Source of the DNA: Candidatus Zhuqueibacterota bacterium
GTDB taxonomy: Bacteria; Zhuqueibacterota; Zhuqueibacteria; Residuimicrobiales; Krinioviventaceae
Direction of reading: 5' to 3'
Assembly (NCBI GenBank): GCA_034505495.1
Contig: JAPDQV010000003.1
Span: forward strand, 44,240-108,239
DNA: 64,000 bases
This document shows positions 1 to 10,189 of the stretch, in pieces; the stretch's first letter is position 1, and every line of letters begins with the position of its first letter. The position numbers and the translations under genes were made by a program. The notes beneath the pieces were generated by a model that made no database searches, was not told the DNA's origin, and saw only the letters and a program-made list of their open reading frames with translations.

Positions 1-648
1 CTGCTCAGAGATTTGCCGTTATTGCAAAAGATCGCTGCTGCCGCCGTGCGCGCCGTCGATCTGCCGGTCACCGCCAAGCTGCGCAGCGGCTGGGACGCCG
101 CTTCCATCAACGTGGTCGAAGCAGCCCGGCGCTTAGCAGACGTCGGCATCGTCGCATTGACGGTCCATCCCCGAACCCAGACGATGCAGTTCAGCGGCAA
201 AGCGGATTGGGAGATCATCCGCCGAGTCGTCGAGGCGGTTTCGATTCCGGTTATCGGCAACGGCGATGTCAAGTCCCCGGCTGACGCGCAGCGGATGTTC
301 GAAACGACGGGCTGCCGCGGCGTTATGATCGGACGCGCCGCCTGCGGAAATCCGTGGATTTTCCTCCAAATTCGTCGGTTTCTGGACCACGGTATTCTGT
401 CGCCTGACCCCTCACCGGCCGAAAGAGTTCGAACCGCCCTCGACCACCTGCAAAGATGCATCGAAAAGATGGGTGAAAAGCACGCCGTCGCCTTTATGCG
501 CAAACAATTGGTACATTATTTCAAAGGACTTCCTCATGCATCTCTCATCCGACAGAAACTCGTTACGGCAAGCAGCTATCAGGAAGTTGAGCTGGCCTTA
601 AAGACCGTCACCCGGAGAGTTCTGAGCAGTGAGGATATAGTCGTTTGA
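1..648 (+). CDS. dusB: tRNA-dihydrouridine synthase, C-terminal part (5' end lies outside the window)
   Basis: ORF in frame from position 1. Translation matches the Dus family TIM-barrel C-terminal region and helical domain (VHPRT, GNGDV, MIGRAACGNPWIF). Confidence 0.85.
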   Translation: MLRDLPLLQKIAAAAVRAVDLPVTAKLRSGWDAASINVVEAARRLADVGIVALTVHPRTQTMQFSGKADWEIIRRVVEAVSIPVIGNGDVKSPADAQRMFETTGCRGVMIGRAACGNPWIFLQIRRFLDHGILSPDPSPAERVRTALDHLQRCIEKMGEKHAVAFMRKQLVHYFKGLPHASLIRQKLVTASSYQEVELALKTVTRRVLSSEDIVV

Positions 649-680
649 AGCCCACAACCGAGATCCGAGAAGGAGGAGCT

Positions 681-2003
681 ATGCAGCGGAAGCGAGTCAT
701 AATTATGGGGGCGGCGGGTCGCGATTTTCATAACTTTAACGTCTTTTTTCGAAATAACGATGCCTATCGAGTGGAAGCCTTTACGGCAACCCAAATTCCG
801 AACATCGACGGGCGCCTGTATCCGCCGGAGCTGGCCGGAGAACTGTACCCTGAGGGTATTCCCATCTTTGCCGAAGAGGAGCTGCCCGAACTGATCCAAA
901 GTCGCCAAATCGATGAAGTCTATTTTTCCTACAGCGATGTTTCTCACGAAACGGTGATGCACAAGGCGTCGTTGGTGACCGCAGTTGGGGCATCGTTTTG
1001 TCTCCTTGGTAAGCGTTTTTCCATGCTGAAATCGAGCAAGCCGGTCGCAGCAGTCTGTGCTGTGCGCACAGGATGCGGCAAGAGCCAAACGAGCAGAAAA
1101 ATCGCATCGCTGCTGCGCGGCGCAGGCAAACGGGTCGTAGTGGTTCGTCATCCTATGCCCTACGGCGACTTGGTTGCTCAACGGGTGCAAAGGTTTGCTT
1201 CATTTGACGATCTTAAAAAATATCGCTGTACCATTGAAGAGATGGAAGAGTATGAACCCCACATAGCTGCCGGCTCGGTTGTTTATGCGGGCGTCGACTA
1301 TGAGGCAATTCTGCGCGAAGCGGAAAAGGAAGCCGATGTGATTTTATGGGACGGAGGCAACAACGACATTCCTTTTTTTATGCCGGATTTGCATATAACC
1401 GTCGTCGATCCCCTGCGGCCGGGTCATGAAATCCGTTATCATCCGGGTGAAACCAACCTGCTGCTGGCCGACGCCGTGGTTATCAACAAGGTACCGGAGG
1501 CGCGCTTGGAGGACGTCCGCACCCTTTACGGAAACATACGGGCGGCGAATCCGCGTGCCGTCATTATTGAAGCTGCGTCGCCTATTCGTTTGGAAAAACC
1601 CGAAGTGGTCGCCGGCAGGAGAGTGTTGGTGATCGAAGACGGTCCCACTTTGACCCATGGAGAAATGTCCTTCGGCGCCGGCATCATTGCAGCGCAAAAG
1701 TTCGGAGCGGCAGAAGTCGTCGATCCGCGGCCCTTTTTGCGAGGATCGCTCATTGATACCTTTCGTCGGTACCCTCACATCGGCAGACTGCTGCCCGCCA
1801 TGGGATACGGCGAAGAGCAAATGCGCGATCTCGAAGCCACCATCAATGCCGTCGATTGCGATGCCGTCATCATCGGAACACCGATCGATCTTCGCCGCGT
1901 CATCCGTATCGAAAAGCCCTCTACGCGCGTTTTTTACGATCTTCAGGAAATCGGTCACCCCGACTTGACCGACGTTCTGCAAAGTCTGTTGACACAATTC
2001 TAA
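681..2003 (+). CDS. cyclic 2,3-diphosphoglycerate synthetase-like P-loop protein
   Basis: 441 aa. N-terminal MGAAGRDFHNFNV and central Walker-A-like GCGKSQTS resemble the CPGS family from memory. AGGAGG RBS 8 nt upstream of the ATG at 681; the listed ORF start at 645 overlaps dusB and was rejected. Confidence 0.45.
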   Translation: MQRKRVIIMGAAGRDFHNFNVFFRNNDAYRVEAFTATQIPNIDGRLYPPELAGELYPEGIPIFAEEELPELIQSRQIDEVYFSYSDVSHETVMHKASLVTAVGASFCLLGKRFSMLKSSKPVAAVCAVRTGCGKSQTSRKIASLLRGAGKRVVVVRHPMPYGDLVAQRVQRFASFDDLKKYRCTIEEMEEYEPHIAAGSVVYAGVDYEAILREAEKEADVILWDGGNNDIPFFMPDLHITVVDPLRPGHEIRYHPGETNLLLADAVVINKVPEARLEDVRTLYGNIRAANPRAVIIEAASPIRLEKPEVVAGRRVLVIEDGPTLTHGEMSFGAGIIAAQKFGAAEVVDPRPFLRGSLIDTFRRYPHIGRLLPAMGYGEEQMRDLEATINAVDCDAVIIGTPIDLRRVIRIEKPSTRVFYDLQEIGHPDLTDVLQSLLTQF

Positions 2004-2034
2004 CCATTGATCATCAACCAGGGACTGAAACGCT

Positions 2035-2448
2035 ATGGAACAGACATTGGCCATCTTTAAACCCGATTGCCTCGAAAAAGCCTTGTTGGGCAAAGTTCTC
2101 GACAAAATCCTCACTGCGGGATTTCAGATCAAAGCCATGAAGATGATAAAGCTGACCCGCAAAGAGACCGAGTCTTTTTATGAAATTCATCGCGGCAAGC
2201 CGTTTTTTACCAAGCTGGTCGAGTTCATGACTGAAGGACCAGTGGTCGTCGCAGTTTTGGAAAAAGAAAATGCGGTCGCCGATTGGCGCGCTTTGATGGG
2301 GAAAACCGACCCTCATGAGGCGGCTGAAGGAACCATTCGTCATCTATGGGCCGAGACCGTATCGCGAAACGTTGTGCACGGCTCCGACTCGATCGAAAAT
2401 GCCCAGCACGAAATCAGCTTCTTTTTCAGCCAAGTAGAACTTCTCTGA
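2035..2448 (+). CDS. ndk: nucleoside diphosphate kinase
   Basis: 137 aa. Carries the NDK signature with catalytic His (NVVHGSDS) and overall family-like sequence. Confidence 0.93.
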   Translation: MEQTLAIFKPDCLEKALLGKVLDKILTAGFQIKAMKMIKLTRKETESFYEIHRGKPFFTKLVEFMTEGPVVVAVLEKENAVADWRALMGKTDPHEAAEGTIRHLWAETVSRNVVHGSDSIENAQHEISFFFSQVELL

Positions 2449-2558
2449 GGATTTCCGTTTAGGCTGCGGAAAATAAATTTGAATATAATTCATAAAAAAC
2501 GAATTTTTGCTTGACTCTTAAGGGATTTATTGCTAATTTTGCCGCCGATTTTTCGAGG

Positions 2559-3068
2559 ATGGCTGTGATCAGATTTTTTCTCAGTCGGATCAAGGAAGGG
2601 CATTCAGAATTTGAAGAACAGGTCAGCCCTTTCGATATTGAGCTCTTGAAAGAAGACGGCTTTACCTCTCCAGTCGATATTTTTTATTTGGTCGACAAGG
2701 TTGGAGAGGAAATATTTGTCAAAACGAGGCTGAGAACTCGAGTTGAACTGGTTTGTGATCGGTGCTTGGAACCCTATGTGCTGGCGCTGGACGAGACCAT
2801 CAGCTCGATTATGACGCCGGACGAAAAGCTGGCCGCACGGAATGATGAAGATATCTATCTGATCGCCAAAACGACCAATGAAGTCGACATTACCGAAGCG
2901 GTCAGGGACACGTTGTTGCTTGCGATCCCTTATAAAAAGCTTTGTCATGTGGATTGCAAAGGGCTGTGTCCCCACTGCGGTGCAAATCTCAACCTGACGC
3001 AATGCACCTGCGGAGACAACTATCGTGATCCGCGCTGGGAAGCGCTGAGCAAGCTCAAGTTCGATTAA
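2559..3068 (+). CDS. yceD: YceD/DUF177 family protein (large ribosomal RNA accumulation protein)
   Basis: Two CxxC pairs (CDRC..., CPHC...). Conserved position immediately upstream of rpmF-plsX. ATG at 2559 preferred over the TTG at 2511. Confidence 0.75.
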   Translation: MAVIRFFLSRIKEGHSEFEEQVSPFDIELLKEDGFTSPVDIFYLVDKVGEEIFVKTRLRTRVELVCDRCLEPYVLALDETISSIMTPDEKLAARNDEDIYLIAKTTNEVDITEAVRDTLLLAIPYKKLCHVDCKGLCPHCGANLNLTQCTCGDNYRDPRWEALSKLKFD

Positions 3069-3090
3069 CCCTAACCCAATAGAGGAAACG

Positions 3091-3273
3091 ATGCCGAATC
3101 CGAAACGTAGACATTCGCATTCCCGACAAGGAAAACGGCGTGCGAATTGGCGGGCCGAAGTGCCGACCGTTGTCGAGTGCTCGAACTGCCATCAACCCAA
3201 GTTGCCGCACCGCGCATGTCCGAACTGCGGTTACTACAAAGGCCGTTCGATCTTTTTACCCCGCGAGTCCTAA
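3091..3273 (+). CDS. rpmF: 50S ribosomal protein L32
   Basis: 60 aa, MPNPKRRHSHSRQGKRR... with a CxxC...CxxC zinc ribbon. Conserved yceD-rpmF-plsX synteny. Confidence 0.92.
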   Translation: MPNPKRRHSHSRQGKRRANWRAEVPTVVECSNCHQPKLPHRACPNCGYYKGRSIFLPRES

Positions 3274-3345
3274 TCTTTTTCCGCCTGCCGCAGGCCAACT
3301 CTGTCCGATTTTTCATGTAAAACAGCTTTTTAGATCGGAGATTGC

Positions 3346-4359
3346 GTGATTAGGATCGCATTGGATGCCATGGGGGGAGATAACGCGCCGCACGATGCCG
3401 TCCATGGAGGTGTAGAGGCGGCGCGCGCTTCCAAAGGGCGATTTGAAATCGTCCTTGTCGGCGACAAGGATGTTGTGCAAAGAGAACTGAATCGTCATTT
3501 TCATATTCATGATTTGCCGATCTCCGTGGTTCATGCTTCGGAAGTCGTCGGCATGGATGAACAGCCTTCCGTGGCGCTGAAAAAAGGCGACTCCTCCATT
3601 GCCGTAGCCATGAACCTTCACGCCAAGCGCCAAGTCAGCGGTGTGGTCAGCGCCGGAAATACCGGCGCCGTAATGGCCGCGGCATTGTTCGGTCTGAAGC
3701 GCATCAAAGGGATTCGCCGGCCTGCAATCGGTCAACTTCTTCCCACCCAAGAGGGGCGAAAAGTACTGCTGCTCGACGTGGGCGCCAATGTCGACAGTCG
3801 GCCGGAGGACCTGGTGCAGTTCGGCATCATGGGCAGCATCTATATGGCAAAGCTGTTCAATATCGACCGGCCGCGCGTCGGTCTGCTGAACATCGGCCAT
3901 GAAGAGGGCAAAGGCAACGAATTGGCGCTGAAAGCCTATCAATTATTCAAACAGTGCGACTGCAATTTCATCGGCAATGTCGAAGGCAGCGACATTACCC
4001 GCGGTGTAACCGACGTCGTGGTGTGTGACGGCTTTGTCGGCAACATTGTGCTCAAGGCCGCCGAGAGCATGCACGGACTCTTTAAAATGAATATGCGTCG
4101 GTTGGTGAAAAAGTATCTTTTTTCCCAGATCGGCGCAGTACTGATGAAACCGACGCTCGAGGGCATTCGCAAGGTTTTCGATTATCAGGAATACGGCGGT
4201 GCACCGCTTTTGGGCGTACAAGGCTGCTGCGTGATTGCGCACGGCAAATCGACCCCCCGCGCCATAAAAAATGCCGTTTTGGCTGCCTACAAGTTCATAA
4301 CGGAAGATGTTAACGGCAAGATCGAAGCTGAATTTGCTTTAAAACTGCAGAAAGAGTGA
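3346..4359 (+). CDS. plsX: phosphate acyltransferase PlsX
   Basis: 337 aa. GGDNAP motif and PlsX family sequence throughout. GTG start. Confidence 0.9.
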   Translation: MIRIALDAMGGDNAPHDAVHGGVEAARASKGRFEIVLVGDKDVVQRELNRHFHIHDLPISVVHASEVVGMDEQPSVALKKGDSSIAVAMNLHAKRQVSGVVSAGNTGAVMAAALFGLKRIKGIRRPAIGQLLPTQEGRKVLLLDVGANVDSRPEDLVQFGIMGSIYMAKLFNIDRPRVGLLNIGHEEGKGNELALKAYQLFKQCDCNFIGNVEGSDITRGVTDVVVCDGFVGNIVLKAAESMHGLFKMNMRRLVKKYLFSQIGAVLMKPTLEGIRKVFDYQEYGGAPLLGVQGCCVIAHGKSTPRAIKNAVLAAYKFITEDVNGKIEAEFALKLQKE

Positions 4360-4387
4360 CGCATCTGGTTGCAACGAAAGAATCTTT

Positions 4388-5377
4388 ATGATCAATAAAC
4401 CTTTTTCTCGTATCGTCGGAACCGGCATGGCGCTGCCGAAAAAGATTTTAACCAACGCCGATCTGGAAAAGATGGTCGATACGAGCGACGAATGGATCAA
4501 GACGAGAACCGGCATCGAGACGAGATATATTGCGGCGCCCGATCAATTCACCTCTGATCTGGCGACCGAGGCGGCGCTCAACGCCCTTGCAGATGCCCGT
4601 CTGGCTCCCGAAGACCTCGATGTCATTATTTTAGCCACCATCACCGGAGACATCGGCTTCCCGGCAACGGCGGTCTTTGTGCAGAAAAACATCGGCGCCG
4701 TCAATGCAGCGGCTTTCGATATTCAGGCAGCCTGCACCGGTTTTATTTACGCTCTGGAACTGGGCGACGCTCTGATCGCCGCAAAAAAAGCGCGCAACGT
4801 TTTGATCATCGGCGCCGAGTCGCTTTCGCGCGTAACCGATTATACCGATCGCAATACCTGCGTTCTATTCGGCGACGGCGGCGGGGCCGTCGTCCTGCAG
4901 CCTGCGGTGGATGAACACGGCATACTGGCCGTCTATATCCGCAGCGACGGCCGCCTGGCCGATCTTCTCAAATTGGACGGTCTCGGCACGAAACATCCGC
5001 CGACGCCGGAAAATTACGAAAAAAAGCTGCATTTCATCCGCATGGAGGGCAAAGAGGTGTTCAAAAACGCCGTTACTTCGATGGGCGATGCAGCCGAGCT
5101 GATCCTCGAGCGCGCGGGCTTGACTACGGATGACGTCGATCTGCTCATCCCCCATCAAGCCAATATCCGTATCATCGACGCAACGGCTAAGCGCATCAAA
5201 CTGCCGCCGGAAAAGGTCTTTGTCAACGTCAATCGTTACGGCAATACTTCGGCGGCGTCGATTCCGATTGCAATGGATGAGGCGCGGCGACAAGGCCGCA
5301 TCAAGCCGGGCGATGATGTGGTGCTGGTTGCATTCGGCGGCGGATTGACGTGGGGATCCGCTGCCATCCGTTTTTAA
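4388..5377 (+). CDS. fabH: 3-oxoacyl-ACP synthase III
   Basis: 329 aa. Active-site Cys context AACTGF plus conserved His/Asn region. Confidence 0.92.
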   Translation: MINKPFSRIVGTGMALPKKILTNADLEKMVDTSDEWIKTRTGIETRYIAAPDQFTSDLATEAALNALADARLAPEDLDVIILATITGDIGFPATAVFVQKNIGAVNAAAFDIQAACTGFIYALELGDALIAAKKARNVLIIGAESLSRVTDYTDRNTCVLFGDGGGAVVLQPAVDEHGILAVYIRSDGRLADLLKLDGLGTKHPPTPENYEKKLHFIRMEGKEVFKNAVTSMGDAAELILERAGLTTDDVDLLIPHQANIRIIDATAKRIKLPPEKVFVNVNRYGNTSAASIPIAMDEARRQGRIKPGDDVVLVAFGGGLTWGSAAIRF

Positions 5378-5401
5378 CCCAAGCCGAAAGCCGAATCCGT
5401 T

Positions 5402-6340
5402 ATGTCGACAGCGCAAAAAATCGCTTTTCTCTTTCCAGGACAGGGCTCCCAGTATGTCGGTATGGGGAAAGACCTGTTCGACGCTATTGAATCCGTTCGT
5501 CAACGGTTCCGTACGGCTGAAGAGATTTTGGGCTTTGAGCTGTCGGATATCTGCTTTAACGGTCCGGACGAAAGACTGGCGCAGACGCGCTATACCCAAC
5601 CGGCAATTTTCGTTCACAGTTTTGTCGTCTTTGAACTTTTGCGGGAAAAAGGCATCGAACCTGTGTTTGTTGCCGGTCACAGTTTGGGCGAATACACGGC
5701 GCTGGCAGCTGCCGGCGTTTTTTCCTTCGAAGAAGGGCTCAAACTCGTAAAGCAGCGCGCAGGGTTGATGCAGGCGGCCGGCGAAGAAGCCAAAGGCGCG
5801 ATGGCGGCGATCATCGGTCTGGAAAAGAGCCGGGTGGAGGATATCTGCCGTACCGCATCCGCAGAAGGGACCATCATCGCCGCGAATTTCAATGCTCCGG
5901 ATCAAATCGTCGTTTCAGGCACGGAAGCGGCAGTGATGAAAGCGATCAACCTCGCCGAAGCCGCCGGTGCCAAGCGGGCCGTCAGGCTCAATGTCGGCGG
6001 CGCCTTTCATTCTCCTTTGATGCGTTCGGCGCTGAGGCCTCTCAGTCAAGTTGTCCAAACGATCGAGTTCCGCACGCCGACGGTCCCCGTATTCAGCAAC
6101 GTCAGCGGGAGGCCGTCTACAGACCCCGGGCAGCTGAAAACGGCATTGATCGAACAGCTGTGCAGTCCCGTGCAGTGGGTTGAAACCATTCAGCAGATGC
6201 AGGCAAACGGTGCGGAACGCTTTATAGAGGTCGGGCCGGGAAAGGTCTTGAGCGGTTTGGTGCGTCGAATCGACCGCTCGCTGAACGTCCTTTCTATCGG
6301 TACCGTTGAACAATTGACGCTTTTGGAGGAAGGCAATTGA
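5402..6340 (+). CDS. fabD: malonyl CoA-ACP transacylase
   Basis: GQGSQ and GHSLGEY motifs. Confidence 0.92.
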   Translation: MSTAQKIAFLFPGQGSQYVGMGKDLFDAIESVRQRFRTAEEILGFELSDICFNGPDERLAQTRYTQPAIFVHSFVVFELLREKGIEPVFVAGHSLGEYTALAAAGVFSFEEGLKLVKQRAGLMQAAGEEAKGAMAAIIGLEKSRVEDICRTASAEGTIIAANFNAPDQIVVSGTEAAVMKAINLAEAAGAKRAVRLNVGGAFHSPLMRSALRPLSQVVQTIEFRTPTVPVFSNVSGRPSTDPGQLKTALIEQLCSPVQWVETIQQMQANGAERFIEVGPGKVLSGLVRRIDRSLNVLSIGTVEQLTLLEEGN

Positions 6341-7080
6341 TTTCGTTGGAAGGCAAGACAGCCGTCGTTACGGGAGCGGCCAGGGGCATCGGCGCCGCCA
6401 TCGCCGAGGCGTTGGCTGCCGCAGGATGCAGCGTCGTCGTTTCCGATATCGATTTGACGACTGCCGAAGCAACGGCCGAAACCATACGCAGCCGCGGGGG
6501 CAGAGCGATCGCGTGCAAAACCGACGTCTCGGTGCCCGAGCAGGCAGAGGAACTGATTTCGGCAGCAATTCGAGAATTCGGCCGTCTCGATATTTTGGTC
6601 AATAACGCCGGCATTACCCGAGATAACTTGATTATGCGCATGAGCGAGGAGGAATGGGACCTGGTCCTGCGCGTTAATTTAAAAGGCGTTTTCAACTGCA
6701 TTAAAGCGGCCTCAAGACCCATGTTGAAACAGCGTTCCGGCAAGATCATCAACATTGCGTCGGTGGTGGGAGTCATGGGCAACGCCGGTCAAGCAAACTA
6801 TTCCGCCTCAAAAGGCGGGGTGATTGCTCTGACCAAATCGGCGGCAAAGGAGTTTGGTTCGCGCAACATTCAGGTCAACGCCGTTGCGCCCGGCTATATT
6901 GAAACCGATATGACGCGCGGCCTGCCGGAATCGGCAAAGCAGAGCTTTTTAAACTTGATTCCCTTGCAGAGAGCCGGACAGCCCAAAGACGTCGCCGATG
7001 TGGTTCTCTTTTTAGCATCGCCGTTGTCCGATTATGTGACCGGCCAAGTCCTGCACGTCGACGGTGGTATGGTCATGTAG
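6337..7080 (+). CDS. fabG: 3-oxoacyl-ACP reductase
   Basis: SDR motifs TGAARGIG, NNAG and YSASKGG. TTG start overlapping the fabD stop. Confidence 0.9.
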   Translation: MISLEGKTAVVTGAARGIGAAIAEALAAAGCSVVVSDIDLTTAEATAETIRSRGGRAIACKTDVSVPEQAEELISAAIREFGRLDILVNNAGITRDNLIMRMSEEEWDLVLRVNLKGVFNCIKAASRPMLKQRSGKIINIASVVGVMGNAGQANYSASKGGVIALTKSAAKEFGSRNIQVNAVAPGYIETDMTRGLPESAKQSFLNLIPLQRAGQPKDVADVVLFLASPLSDYVTGQVLHVDGGMVM

Positions 7081-7138
7081 GGAGTTACGGTCTGTAGAAT
7101 TCAAACCATAATAATCTCAATATCCAGGAGGTAGAAAC

Positions 7139-7378
7139 ATGTCAGCTGTGGAAGAGCGAGTCAAACAAATAATCGTCGACCAATTGGGTGTCGATGCCTC
7201 GCAGGTAACGGAAGACGCTTCTTTTATCGATGACCTCGGCGCCGATTCTTTAGATACCGTCGAGCTGGTGATGGCCTTTGAGGAAGAGTTCGGCATCGAA
7301 ATTCCCGACGAAGAAGCGGAAAAGCTGCAGACAGTCGGTGATGCGTTAAGATATTTGCGCAGCAAAAATCTTGGCTGA
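7139..7378 (+). CDS. acpP: acyl carrier protein
   Basis: 79 aa with the DSLDTVELV phosphopantetheine attachment motif. AGGAGG RBS. Confidence 0.95.
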   Translation: MSAVEERVKQIIVDQLGVDASQVTEDASFIDDLGADSLDTVELVMAFEEEFGIEIPDEEAEKLQTVGDALRYLRSKNLG

Positions 7379-7395
7379 CCCGATTTCATCTTACA

Positions 7396-7418
7396 GAGGC
7401 GGCGTCAGCCGCCTCTAA
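7396..7418 (+). terminator. hairpin between acpP and fabF (partial terminator/attenuator)
   Basis: agaggcggc-gtca-gccgcctct perfect 9-bp stem directly after the acpP stop. No strong U-tract, so likely an attenuator, as is common between acpP and fabF. Confidence 0.4.
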
Positions 7419-7505
7419 CTTTACCGCAAACCATTCCGCAATTGTTTTCTGCAAACCGAACCAGCAGCCCAAATCGGAAGAGTTGACCCTTTTATCAGGT
7501 GAGAT

Positions 7506-8750
7506 ATGAAAATGAACCGGGTGGTTGTCACAGGCATGGGGGTGTTTACGCCGGTCGGTAACGATCTGCAGACCTTTTGGAACAATCTTGTCGAAGGGAA
7601 AAGCGGCATCGGGCCGATCACCCAAATCGACGCTTCGAATCATGCGACCAAAATCGCGGGGGAAGTCAAAAATTTTGATCCGAACGAGTATCTCGACCGT
7701 AAAGAGGTCCGGCACATGGATCGATTTACGCAGCTGGCGCTTGCAGCTGCCGACCAGGCGGTCAAAGATTCGGGCATTCGCTTCGAAGACACCGACACGG
7801 AGCAGTTCGGCGTCATTGTCGCTTCCGGCATAGGCGGCATGAAGACGTTTGAAGATCAAATCAAGCTGTACCTTGCAGGCGGCCCGCGCAAGGTCAGTCC
7901 TTTCTTTATCCCAATGCTGATTGCCGACATCACTCCCGGTCACATTTCGATCCGCTACGGTTTAAAGGGCATTAATTACTGTACGGTTTCGGCCTGTGCT
8001 TCGGCTTCACACGCCATCGGCGAGGCTTTTCACGCTATTCGCAGCGGTATGGCGATCGGCATGATCACCGGCGGCAGCGAAACGCCGATTACCGAAATGG
8101 GATTGGCGGGTTTCAATGCGCTCAAAGCGCTCTCGACGCGAAACGATGAGCCGGAAAAAGCCAGCCGGCCGTTCGACAGCGACCGCGACGGATTTGTCAT
8201 GAGCGAAGGCGCCGCCATTCTGGTTTTGGAAGAGCTGGAACATGCCAAGCGGCGCGGCGCCAAGATCTATGCGGAAATCGTCGGTGCCGCTTACACCGCC
8301 GATGCTTATCACATTACCGCGCCGGTCCCCGGCGGCGACGGCGCAAAAAGAGCCATGCTGTCGGCGCTCAAAGACGCAGGCCTTGCGCCCGAACAGGTGG
8401 ATTACATTAATGCCCACGGAACTTCAACGCCTTTTAACGACAAGGTCGAGACCGAAGCCATCAAAGCCGCTTTCGGCGACCTGGCTTATCGGATCAAGAT
8501 CAGCTCAACCAAATCAATGATCGGTCACTTGCTCGGCGCCTCGGGCGCTGCCGAAGCCGTCGCCACAATCATGACCCTTTATACCGGTACCATTCACCCG
8601 ACTATCAATCTTGAAAAGCCGGATCCCGAGTGCGACCTCGATTACACTCCCAATAAAGCCGTCAAAAAGGATGTGCAGGTCGCTCTTTCCAACTCGTTCG
8701 GATTCGGCGGGCATAACGTCTGCCTGGCTTTCAAAAAATATTCAGATTGA
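7506..8750 (+). CDS. fabF: 3-oxoacyl-ACP synthase II
   Basis: Active-site SACASASHAIG, His-His region and C-terminal GFGGHN. Confidence 0.92.
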   Translation: MKMNRVVVTGMGVFTPVGNDLQTFWNNLVEGKSGIGPITQIDASNHATKIAGEVKNFDPNEYLDRKEVRHMDRFTQLALAAADQAVKDSGIRFEDTDTEQFGVIVASGIGGMKTFEDQIKLYLAGGPRKVSPFFIPMLIADITPGHISIRYGLKGINYCTVSACASASHAIGEAFHAIRSGMAIGMITGGSETPITEMGLAGFNALKALSTRNDEPEKASRPFDSDRDGFVMSEGAAILVLEELEHAKRRGAKIYAEIVGAAYTADAYHITAPVPGGDGAKRAMLSALKDAGLAPEQVDYINAHGTSTPFNDKVETEAIKAAFGDLAYRIKISSTKSMIGHLLGASGAAEAVATIMTLYTGTIHPTINLEKPDPECDLDYTPNKAVKKDVQVALSNSFGFGGHNVCLAFKKYSD

Positions 8751-8756
8751 CATTGC

Positions 8757-9503
8757 ATGAATCGTCTGTTCTCCAGGCTGCTTGAAAGGCTCGGACTATA
8801 TCGCCTTCCGCATAAAAATTGGAAGGATCTGGAGAAGCGTCTGGGTTATCGCTTCAAAAATAAGGAGCTTTTGCACCAGGCACTTAAACACCGCTCGTAC
8901 CTCGTACAAAGCGGAGAGCACCGCAACGCCTCCAATGAACGGCTCGAGTTTTTGGGCGATGCCGTGCTCGGTTTTCTCATTACCGATTACCTCTATCGCG
9001 AATATCCGGATGAAGCAGAGGGGACATTGACGAATTACAAGTCTCTGCTCGTCAGCGGTACCACGCTCAGCGAGTTTGCTTCCGAGTTAAAGCTGGGCGA
9101 CTTTATCCTCCTAAACGACGCCGAAAGTCGATCCGGCGGCAGAACCCGAACCTCAATTCTCTCCGATGCCTTTGAATCTCTCATCGGCGCCCTCTATCTC
9201 GACGGCGGCCTTGAGGAGGCGCGCAAATTCGTTCTTAACCGCATCACCGGTCGCCTGGATTCTCTTCTCGAAGAAGGAAAACTGCGCAACAGCAAGAGCC
9301 TCCTGCAGGAGCTTGCACAGCATTCGAATTGGTCCGGTCCCTTTTATCAGGTGGAAGAGGAGAGCGGACCCGATCATCAAAAGATCTATACCGTTTCGGT
9401 TACCGTAAACGGTAGAAAGATGGGGATAGGCAAGGGATCTTCAAAAAAGCGGGCGGAACAGAACGCGGCTGCCGAGGCGCTTCGAAGGCTGAATATTTCC
9501 TAA
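8757..9503 (+). CDS. rnc: ribonuclease III
   Basis: ERLEFLGDAVLG catalytic signature plus a C-terminal dsRBD. Confidence 0.9.
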   Translation: MNRLFSRLLERLGLYRLPHKNWKDLEKRLGYRFKNKELLHQALKHRSYLVQSGEHRNASNERLEFLGDAVLGFLITDYLYREYPDEAEGTLTNYKSLLVSGTTLSEFASELKLGDFILLNDAESRSGGRTRTSILSDAFESLIGALYLDGGLEEARKFVLNRITGRLDSLLEEGKLRNSKSLLQELAQHSNWSGPFYQVEEESGPDHQKIYTVSVTVNGRKMGIGKGSSKKRAEQNAAAEALRRLNIS

Positions 9504-9573
9504 TTGCTCCTTCCTGGGAAAATCCTTTGTTCTTCAAACAAAATAGTTTAAATTCCGCAAAAACGGTTTTGCT

Positions 9574-10179
9574 TTGGATGCATTCGTTACCATTGCGTCT
9601 CCCTGCGAAGCTGAATTGAAGGAAAAAGGCAGCCGTTTTTTGGCTTATGCCGCGCCCGTCGCTTCGCGCGAGGAAGCCGAACGGCTGATGGAAGGGATTC
9701 GCAGGATCCACTTTGATGCCTCGCACCATTGCTATGCCTATCGCATCGGCATCGGCAGTAAGGAAGTGACGCGAGCCGTTGATGACGGCGAACCGGCAGG
9801 CAGCGCCGGCAAGCCCATCCTCTCCGTCATCCAGGGTGAAGATCTGACCAACGTTCTCGTGGCGGTTACGCGATGGTTCGGCGGCATCAAGCTGGGAGTC
9901 GGCGGCTTGGCGCGTGCCTATGCAGAGTCGACAAAAAGAGTGCTGGAGTTGTGCCAAAGAATAACCTGCTACGAAACGACTGTTTTAGAGATCGAATTTC
10001 CTTATCAAAAGTTAAGCCCGATATTAAAAGTTGTTGAACAGTTTACGGCATCAGTCATCAGCACGAATTATGCGGATACCGTGCGCCTCTATGCGAAGAT
10101 TCGGCGATCTCGGGCTGAGTCTTTTATTGCCGCACTGCAGAACGCTGCCGCAGGCCGGATAAAAATAGAAATGCAGTAG
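9574..10179 (+). CDS. yigZ: YigZ/IMPACT family protein (UPF0029)
   Basis: Sequence resembles the IMPACT N-domain from memory (SRFLAY..., HHCYAYR). TTG start. Confidence 0.7.
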   Translation: MDAFVTIASPCEAELKEKGSRFLAYAAPVASREEAERLMEGIRRIHFDASHHCYAYRIGIGSKEVTRAVDDGEPAGSAGKPILSVIQGEDLTNVLVAVTRWFGGIKLGVGGLARAYAESTKRVLELCQRITCYETTVLEIEFPYQKLSPILKVVEQFTASVISTNYADTVRLYAKIRRSRAESFIAALQNAAAGRIKIEMQ

Positions 10180-10189
10180 AAAGAATTCT

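Noticed and set aside
133-1190. Antisense ORFs (133..390, 579..1190, 781..1107, 944..1129) inside dusB and the cpgS-like gene
   Set aside because: Typical shadow ORFs on the opposite strand of high-GC coding DNA. They have no RBS, no domain similarity and overlap strongly supported genes.
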